The notes beneath the pieces are model-generated. The model was given only the letters and a program-made list of their open reading frames with translations, made no database searches and was not told the DNA's origin. From the human T2T-CHM13v2.0 reference genome, Homo sapiens: a DNA stretch of 64,000 nucleotides. A program made the position numbers and the translations under genes. The stretch lies in NCBI RefSeq assembly GCF_009914755.1, contig NC_060935.1. One strand, written 5' to 3'. Of this stretch, positions 52,191 to 64,000 are shown in pieces. Numbering within the stretch: position 1 is the first letter of the stretch; each line of letters opens with the position of its first letter.

Positions 52191-52764
52191 GGAGAGGAAA
52201 CCAGGGAAAGGCTGAAAAGGAGCAGAGGGAGGAAGCTAAATCCAAGGGTTTATTTTAGAGTGACCTTGCAGGCAAATGGGGGGTGTTGGGAAGGTGCAAA
52301 AGAGGACACTGGCCTCAATGGTGAGTCATTCTCTTTCCGTTTTTCTCTTGCCTTTCATGGTGCCAAGAGCTAGTCAGTGACTCTATTCCTCACCACTCAC
52401 CCGACTTGCACAAGTGGTGAAACTGAAAGTTGGGTAAGAGGATGGAGGCTCAGCCTTGACCCTAGGACTGGAGACCTGTTTCTTAGGCATGGTTCTGCTG
52501 TAATCACAAATACCTAATGGAGGCTGGACCTCTGATCTCTTTACTTATAAGATGGAGGGGAGGGTGTGGAAAGTGTTGCCTGAAGCTAGCTGTGGTTTGG
52601 TGTTTGTCTACACCCACGGTGTCACATGGCTGCAGTAAAGTGAGAAAAATAAGGCCGAGGTAATGTGTGTTTCATGAATGAAGTTAAATGTATGCAATTT
52701 AAAAGACCGTCCTTTATCCTGAGATTATGTTTTTCTTGGTTTGATTCTCCCTCTAGCATCTGTT

Positions 52765-53150
52765 TTTTCTTTTTTTTTTCTTCCAACTTTTATTTCAGGT
52801 TCAGAGGGTACATGTGCAGGTTTGTTACATGGTAAACTGCATGTTATGGAGGTTTGCTGCACAAATGATTTTGTCACCTAGGTAGTGAGCATAGTACCCA
52901 AGAGGTAGTTCTTCTATCCTCACCCACCTCTCTCCCTCCTCCCCCTAGTAGTCCCCACTGTCTATTGTCCCCCTCTTTGTGACCATGTGTTCCTCAATAT
53001 TTAGCTCTCACTTGTAAGTGAGAACGTGTGATATTTGGTTTTCTGTTCCTGCAGTAATTCACTTAGGATAATGGCCTCCAGCTGCATCTATGTTGCTGCA
53101 AAGGACATGGCTTCATCTTTTTTATGGCTGCATAGTATTTCATGGTACTT
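52765..53150 (-). mobile_element. Older L1PA 3' end inside a MER
   Basis: ccaacttttatttcaggttcagagggtacatgtgcaggtttgttacatgg...ggataatggcctccagctgcatc. Confidence 0.9.
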
Positions 53151-54186
53151 ATGTTTCCTGTTTCATAGATGGGAAGTGGCCCTTTCTTTTGTGAAATGAA
53201 GGTAGATGGTAGCTGAGTATCACCCCATGTTTTCTCTCCATATCTTTATGTAGTGAGTAAGAAGTTGGTAACTCGATTGGCTCCCCGGTCAGTTTGGGAA
53301 AGTTACTGATGTATTAACTGCAAAAATGTGGGAATGAGTGGCCTAGATGTTTTTTCAGGACCCTCTCCTCTAAAATCCTAAACTCCCAGACCACTGAAGA
53401 TAGTTCTCAGAAGGAAAATATAGTGACAGAGCTCAGCCAGTGTGGGGTGAAGTGGGCACTGTTGATCCACCACACCCTGCACCCCCACCACACACAATGC
53501 CTTTGAGTTTGGGCCTCTGCTGCAGGGTGGTGAGCTCCTGGCCTCCCCTTTGTCCCTCAGTCCCCCATGTGCTTTGCGGGTCTGGCCACCTAGGGCCCAA
53601 GCTTCTGTCACTGCTGCTCCTGCCCAGGGGCCAAATGCTCCTGGCTTTCTGTCCCAGCTCAATACAAGGTTCCTGCAGACAGTAGGTGCTCAGTATCTAC
53701 TGAATAAGTAAATCAATGAATTCCCATTTTACCTATGAGAAAACTGACTCACCCCCTCCTTAAACTCCTTGAAGACAGGGATATGTACTCCCAGGGTCGA
53801 CCATGAGTCCTGGTGCGTGCTCAGGGGATAGTTAAAATCTGTTATTTTGCTAACATCACTTGGCTAACACGTGGCAGAAATTAAATTTGAATCTAAATCC
53901 TCTAACTCCAGTCCACTGCTGTCTCTCCCCACTGTCACCACAGAATGGTAGGACATCCATCATCAGGAGAGGTGAGATTTGGGAGCAGGACAACCTTTCT
54001 AGGCCCCTCTAAATCAAACTCAGCAGCACAAGCATGAGCCAGGTCTTCCCTCCAGCAGCGATTTTATTCTTGTTCACACTGGCAGATAAAGAGGGGTAAA
54101 TGTGAGCTGTCTACATGAGGTGCAGTTTTTACACTTCATCTTTATTTTTCTCAAAGTAATTATTGCACTGAGTTTAAGACGTCAAG

Positions 54187-54645
<459 letters not shown>

Positions 54646-54654
54646 ACAAAAAGT

Positions 54655-54830
54655 CCCATGGGAGAAGGGAAAGCATCAGGAAGAATAGCTAACAGATGCT
54701 GGGCTTAATACCTAGGTGATGGGATGATCTGTGCAGCAAATGACTGTGGCACACGTTTACCTATGTATCAAACCTGCGCATCCTGCGCATGGACCCCTGA
54801 ACTTGAAATATAAGTTGGAAAAAAAAGAAA
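54655..54830 (+). mobile_element. L1PA 3' end fragment
   Basis: gcatcaggaagaatagctaac...gcttaatacctaggtgatggg...cccctgaacttgaaa. Confidence 0.88.
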
Positions 54831-55275
54831 GTCAAAAGATACTAAAAACACCTTTAACAAAAAATAGTAAGACCTTCCTTCCCTTTGCCCCAGAGGTGAC
54901 CATAATCACTTTGTTGTACGTATTTTATGGTATTTATCTTCAGATGTCTACAGAACAGGTTTAGTCACCATCTCCATTTATTGGTTTGACCCATCATCTC
55001 TGGACCAGCCTGACGAATGAGCAGTTAGCTTTTTAAAGTACTTCCTGTTCCCCTCTTCTACTCAATGTAGTATACCTCTTGCTTAAGTTAACATTAAATG
55101 TTTATCTTATTATGATTATGTGATTTTTATTCAATTGAGCCCATTGAAACCAAGATATGTTTCTCTTCTTGTACAACTTTTTGTTTCCCCTAAAGTTAGT
55201 AATCAGGTCTCTTTCTTTTTTAAAATTTGCTTACTATTCTAGATACCTAACAATAACTTTTCTTAGATCTTCTAA

Positions 55276-55683
<408 letters not shown>

Positions 55684-55841
55684 CTTCTCCTTCCATCTGG
55701 GCTGGTTTGCTTCCATTTTCCATCATCCTGGGAGCTTCCTCTGCCACTCTCCTGTGTTGGGATCCCCTGGTTCCCCAGGCCCCCTCTTTCTTGGTTTTTT
55801 CCAAGAAAGTGGGAAGCAAACCTTTTGAGAAACTGCATGTC

Positions 55842-55874
55842 ATTGCCTCTCGGCCTTTGGGCTAAGATCAAGTG
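55842..55874 (+). pseudogene. U2 snRNA 5'-fragment (tailless) retropseudogene
   Basis: attgcctctcggcctttgggctaagatcaagtg matches U2 nt 1-33 (atcgcttctcggccttttggctaagatcaagtg) at 30/33; perfect 15-bp TSD gagaaactgcatgtc. Confidence 0.92.
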
Positions 55875-56731
55875 GAGAAACTGCATGTCTAAAAATGTCT
55901 TTATTTCCCTTCAATACTCAATTGATAATTGAGCAGAATATGAAATTATAGGTGGGAATCATTTCCCTCAGGATTTTGACGCCTCATTCTATTTTCTTCT
56001 AGCTTCTGATGTTTTTATTGAGCAGTCTGAGGCAATTCTGATTGCTGATCCTTTGTAAAAATCTTCTTTTTTATCTCTCGGGAAGCTTTTAGGATCTTTT
56101 CTTTATCCCTCTAGTTCTGAAATTTCACAATGATACGTAGGCCTGAGTGGGACCTTTTTTCCTTCATTGTTCTTGGCGCTCAATGGACCCTTTTATACTG
56201 GAAATTCAGATTCTGCACTTCTGGGGAAAGTTTTCTTATTACTTATTTTAATAGTTTTCTCCCCTCCATTTCTCTGTCTTCTCTTCCTGAAATAAGGCAG
56301 AGTAAGGGGGAAGGGAGTAAGAGAAGATACTATTTTAGACAGAGTAGCCAGCAGTCTCTCTGATGAGGTATCTGAGCACAAACCCAAATCAGTATCCTCT
56401 CATCTCTGAGAAAAATTGTTAGACTTTTTCTCTCGTTCCTTGCTCTGATTCTTTTTCTTTTCCATTTCCTTTGTCCATCTTTTGTGGTCTCCCTCCTGTC
56501 GAGAGACTTCCCTCATGTGTCTAGTGATCCTTGGCTGAGTGTGCACATTCAGTGGGAGGCAAAACCTCACACTGTACCCCAAACATATACACAGTTATTA
56601 TTTGTCAATTTAAACATTTTTTTAACTTGAGCAACAACAAAAAAGAGAGAGACACTGAAAGCTGATGGGAAGCTCTGAGTGGGTGCAGTTTGTCACCTGC
56701 AGATTTTTCTTTTTTTTTAGAGACGGGGTCT

Positions 56732-57722
<991 letters not shown>

Positions 57723-58559
57723 TGAGGGGGTGTGCAACTCTGGAGAGAGTGGGAACATCATCACTCATTCATCTGGACTTGCACTTACCTCTCTTCACTC
57801 TGCCTTCAGTGATGTCCCGAAGTTCCTGGGCCTTTCTGGGATTCCACAGGGCAAGCTTGTTGGCTTTCGGTGAGCAGTTCCTTCTGCGGACCCTGCAGTT
57901 TCTGTCCCTACCATCCCATCTCCGGTCCATCGATGACCCCTTGCCCATTCTCTCTGTCCTCATGATTTCAGTGGGATTTAAAGACAGTGCGCAGGTTAAA
58001 ATGTATCCAACCCACTATGTTTAACCAGCACATGAAATACTCTAAAACAAATTCTAGCAAACAGATGAGGCTAAGAAATTTTTTTTTTCAAGAAAAAGAA
58101 AACCCTTGCAATCTATCCCTCCTGTCATGAAACCCCTGTACTTGACAATCGTGGAATTTTATGGGTGAAGTGAACTCAGACATCATCAACGCCCACTAGC
58201 TCATTTTACAGATAGAGAAACTGAAACCCAGACTGCAGAAGGAACTTGCCCAGAGTCACAGAGCCAGTGAGTGGCAGACTAACGAGTCTGCAGTTCCCAC
58301 TTGGAATCCTGTACCTCTCCACTCAGGCTTCCCAGAAGAGCCCCTCTGGCAGTAGAAAGATTTTCCTCTTGATGGGGCTTTCGAAGCAAATGCTTTTTTG
58401 CCCTCTGGGCCAGTCTGACCCGGATCAGTCCTATCTGGAGAAGAACCATGAGAATGAACTAGACACTGTTTCTCGGCAAGACCAGGAGTGTTCACGGCAT
58501 ATTAAACAAAGATCGTTTCTTAAAGGACAGAGTCAAGATAACAAATGTAACTTAAAATA

Positions 58560-58815
58560 AACCTGCAGTCAGATTACCAATTAACACCTAAGTGTATTTA
58601 AGCAGAAATAAATTTAATTGTCTAATTAATTTTTCACCAATTAAGTCCATTTTCACATGTTGCGTTTTACACTGCCTTGGCAATGAAAGTAATTGGATCC
58701 CTTTATAACCATTTTCCACTTCCTGGTTTGCTAAGTAGTTCAATGCTGTTGTCTATAGAAGATATAAATTGCCCCAAACTGGCCACATTGCAACTTTATG
58801 AAGTTCATAAAATAC
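58560..58815. promoter_or_regulatory. Candidate developmental enhancer (homeodomain/T-box motif cluster)
   Basis: Unique AT-rich DNA with two ACCAATTAA, CTAATTAA, TAACACCT, CACTTCCTG and a TTTATGAA-G-TTCATAAA palindrome; motif evidence only. Confidence 0.4.
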
Positions 58816-59027
58816 TTCTATTTGGAGGATGGGAGATGAGGAGAAGCTGCAAAGATGAAAATGACAATTTGTGGAATGGCAGAGTAGAAAGGGTGCCTGC
58901 GGTAGGCAGCCTCTAAGATGGTCCCCAATGATCCCTGCCTCCTGACGTTCACACCCTGGTGAAGTTCCCTCCCCTTAAGTGGGGCCTGGACCTAATGACT
59001 TCCTTCTAAGATGTAAAATACACGCTG

Positions 59028-59160
59028 GGGCTGGACGTGGTGGCACACACCTGTATCCAAGCACTTTGGGAGACTGAAGCGGGAGGATTGCTTGAACCCA
59101 GGAGTTCTACACCAGCCTGGGCAACATGGCGAGACCCCATCTCTACAAAAAAAATAAAAT
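59028..59160 (+). mobile_element. FLAM-type monomer
   Basis: Single left arm. Confidence 0.85.
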
Positions 59161-59163
59161 ACA

Positions 59164-59480
59164 GGATAGGGCACAGTAGCTCACACCTGTAATCCCAGCA
59201 CTTTGGGAGGCCACGTCTGGCAGATCGCTTGAGAGCTCAGGAGGTTGAGACCAGCCTGAACAACATAGTGAAACCCCATCTCTACAAAAAATACAAAAAA
59301 TTGGCCAGGCGAGGTGGTGCACACCTGTAGTTCCAGCTACTTGGGAGGCTGGGGTGGGAGGATCACCTGAGCCTGGGGAGGTCGAGGCTGCAATGAGCCA
59401 TGATCGTGCCACTGCACTCCAGCGGGTGACAGAGCAAGACTGTGTCTCCAAAAATAATAAAATAAAATAAAATAACAAAA
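59164..59480 (+). mobile_element. AluJ
   Basis: Dimer with J diagnostics. Confidence 0.93.
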
Positions 59481-59965
59481 ATTTTTTAAAAAATGTAATG
59501 AGTAAAATACAGCAAAATTGATGGGATATTACTTCCAAGATGGGTCATAAAAAGATTTCTAGCCTAACTGCTCTTGCTCACTCTCTCATTTTCTCCCTCT
59601 ATCTCCCCAACCCCTCTCTCTTTCGCTCTCTCTGATCATTCAGTCTGGGTAAAACTATGTCTTGAGCAGCCCTAGAGAGAAGCCCAAGTGCAAAGGAACT
59701 GAAGTTTCCTGCCCAAAGCCATGTGAGTGTGCCTGGAAAAGGAACCTCCTGCCCTAGTCAAGCCTCCAGAGACTGCAGTCCCAGCTAGGCCACCCCAAAC
59801 TGCTGATCTTCATCAACTCTGTGATGTAATGATAAATACTTACTGCTTTAAGCTTCTACGTTTGGGGATGATTTAGTATACAGCAATTGTGGGGAGACCT
59901 AGGTATGAGTCCTGACTTTTCCACTTCCTTGCAAAATCACTTTGTATGAGTCCCTTAACCTCTCG

Positions 59966-60274
<309 letters not shown>

Positions 60275-61013
60275 TAATTACTCCTGTTTCTTCATCTGTA
60301 CAATGGGGATAATAACCATACCTAACCCCACAGAGTTCCATGGGCTTCAAGAAGGAAACTAGCTTTAAATGATCGTTAGGCATTAGATATTTTTATCTAC
60401 ACTATCTCATTTTTTTCATATTTCAAAGGAAAAAAGAATACATGGAAAGTGTCTAGTAAATTGGAGCACCATGCTAGTATTCTTAGAGCCAATTCATTCT
60501 ATGATTTATTAAAACATTGTTTAACCAAATATCAATCTTGGATCAACTTTAAATAAACCATATGTCTTTAAGAACCGATGGGTTTTAATTAGTTTCTTAA
60601 TTAGCATGTGAGAAGTTTGCAAACCTATTGGGTTTGCTATCAAAATCAGAAGAATAACCTTTATATGATTCTCACATGAGGAGCCAGGGCCGAGGCGCCC
60701 AGGACCCTCAAGTTAATATGACCCAAGCTCAACTCTCTCTGATAAGCCCCTAATCAGGAAGGCTGAGCCTTATTAACAACACCACTCTCCTCCTGCTCCC
60801 CCAACCTGGGAACCTCCAAGTCATCCCCCCAGAATCCTCTCCTTCCACTCTTCACCCCCACTCTTGTCATCAAATCCTGTGATTCTAATTCAGGGACATT
60901 TTTTCCCCACCACCACCCTGCCACTGTTTTAGTTCAGACTAATTGCCTTCACATTTAATCATTAATCAAGTATCTATTGACAGTGCGTGATGCTTCAGAA
61001 GTTGGGCTCTGCA

Positions 61014-61345
<332 letters not shown>

Positions 61346-61409
61346 TCAGGCCCCCTGTCTTCAAGGAACTAACACGTTTCCTCATTCAGTTTTGCAAAAT
61401 TCAGCTGAA

Positions 61410-61625
61410 CTAGATTGATAGTTATGAGTAGGCTGCCTTGGGCTAAGTCTTGGCCTTTCCACTTACTGTGTGTCCTTGGACAAGTTACCTAAAGTCTCTG
61501 TACTTCGGTTTTGTCACTTGCAAAACAGGGATAATAATAGTACCTATGTCACAAGGATTAAGAGAGTTAAAATATGTTTAAATGCTTAGAATAGTGTCTG
61601 GCAATCAAAAAATGTTAGCCATTGC
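61410..61625 (+). mobile_element. MIR
   Basis: cttggacaagttacctaaagtctctg...gggataataatagtaccta. Confidence 0.85.
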
Positions 61626-61891
61626 TATTTTTGGACCATAACCTGTTTTCTCTCTGTAGGCCAAACCATCCCTTCCAGAGGCGCCTGACTCTTCTTCCTA
61701 AAGAACCATTTAGCCATGTCATTTCCCTAACAAACGTCACTAACGTATGTCTTAGCATGGCCCATCTGTCTCTGGCCCTAGGCCTCCACCCTAACCCCAT
61801 CCTTTCCCCAACACTCCACTGAATGTGTCTCACCCTTGCCAAAACATGCCACTCTGAGCCTAATCATGTGTCTTTGTGCCAAGACAAATGA

Positions 61892-62380
<489 letters not shown>

Positions 62381-62929
62381 GTTTGCTACCAGGAAATATC
62401 AGATGGGAAGAAAAGGAATTAGACCTTGTTCTTATCTTGCTTGGGAGCATAGAACTGCCCCTGCTGTCATCAGGGAAAGAGAAGAAAGGAAGAAAGAAAG
62501 AGCTTGAGCTTCAGAGTAAGTGAGACCTGTGTCCAAATCCTGGCTCTACCTCTAGCTAAACAAGCACTGTAACCTCAGTTTCTTTGGCTAGAAAATGGGA
62601 CTAAGAACGGTTACTTTGTGGAGTTGATGTGAGAATTGGATGAGAAAACTTATGTGAAACGTACGCAGCACACCACAGGCTCCAGATAAGATATTACCTT
62701 CCCATTTTCTCATGCCCTGTTGTCCATGCTGTTGAAATATCCCAGCTAACCTCATCCTGTCTGCCTGGTGAACTCCTACTTGATCTTCAAGTCCTAGTTC
62801 AACGTCACTTGCCAGAGGAGCCTTTCCTGGCTTTCTGGGGCATAGTTTGTCACTCCTGCCACTATCTCCTCCTGGACTGGGAACTCCTGCAGAGCAGGAA
62901 TAACAACTGAAACAACCTTTGCATCCTCA

Positions 62930-63435
<506 letters not shown>

Positions 63436-63499
63436 AAAAATAAATATCTGTTGGGTAGCGTCCTACGATTTCCATGTAAAAATAAAGGATTCTTAAGTG

Positions 63500-63895
63500 C
63501 TTTAAAATATTTCTTATTACAGCATTATTTGTAATAGAGAAACTTTGGAAGCAACATAAATGTCTAATAATTAGGGGTTAAGTAAATTATGGTTTGTCCT
63601 CATAATGTAATGTATGCTGCCATGAAAATCACGTTATAGAAATGTGCTGTTGGCATTTCTCAATATACATTATGGGGAAAGAAGCAGGTTTCAACGCAGT
63701 ACTATGTACAGAATGATCCTGTTTTGTGATAAAAATATAAATGTTTATGTATGCATAACAAGGTCTGGAAGGACCCAGTGGTTGTCTCTGGGTGGGTGGA
63801 ATTTGCATGTTTCTTTTCCTTCCTTATGCTTATATGTATTTTGTGATTTTTCTATAATGAGCATAAATTACTTTTGTAGTAAGAAAAAAAAAATT
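63500..63895 (+). mobile_element. L1ME 3' fragment
   Basis: acagcattatttgtaatagagaaactttggaagcaacataaatgtc. Confidence 0.6.
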
Positions 63896-64000
63896 TAAAC
63901 TACCAAAAATTGTTTTTCTGATTGTAATACATTTTCATTGTAGAAAATTTGAAAACTATGAAAACTATAAAAAATAAAAGATAATTATGCATGTTGTTCC

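Larger units (their letters stand above)
58898..59888 (+). mobile_element. MLT1F-type LTR, split by FLAM and AluJ
   Basis: tgcggtaggcagcctctaagatggtccccaatgatccc...tttggggatgatttagtatacagcaat. Confidence 0.8.

Overview
Primate (very probably human) euchromatic non-coding DNA, intergenic or deep intronic. I found no protein-coding exon, CpG island, tRNA, rRNA or CRISPR array that I can support. The window is dominated by interspersed repeats: about 46 Alu/FLAM/FRAM copies (roughly 20% of the sequence), a near full-length ancient L1MC1-type element with a recognisable target-site duplication (TSD) at 26.75-35.05 kb, other L1ME/L1MB/L1PA and HAL1 fragments, and many L2 and MIR relics. LTR elements include two THE1 solo LTRs, several MLT1 LTRs, a MER41-family LTR and an internally deleted ERVL (LTR16-type) provirus with gag/pol remnants. 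hAT and Tigger DNA transposons are also present. A 33-nt tailless U2 snRNA retropseudogene with a perfect 15-bp TSD lies at 55842-55874. There is a ~325-bp TA-rich repeat and a ~300-nt pure-purine tract. The few unique stretches carry enhancer- or promoter-like motif clusters: E-box (1.8-2.7 kb), AP-1/ISRE (52.3 kb), homeodomain/T-box (58.6 and 60.5 kb) and YY1 (62.3 kb). Repeat subfamily names come from recalled consensus sequences, and boundaries of old repeats are approximate. I see no convincing wholly new biological system. The findings are testable candidates.
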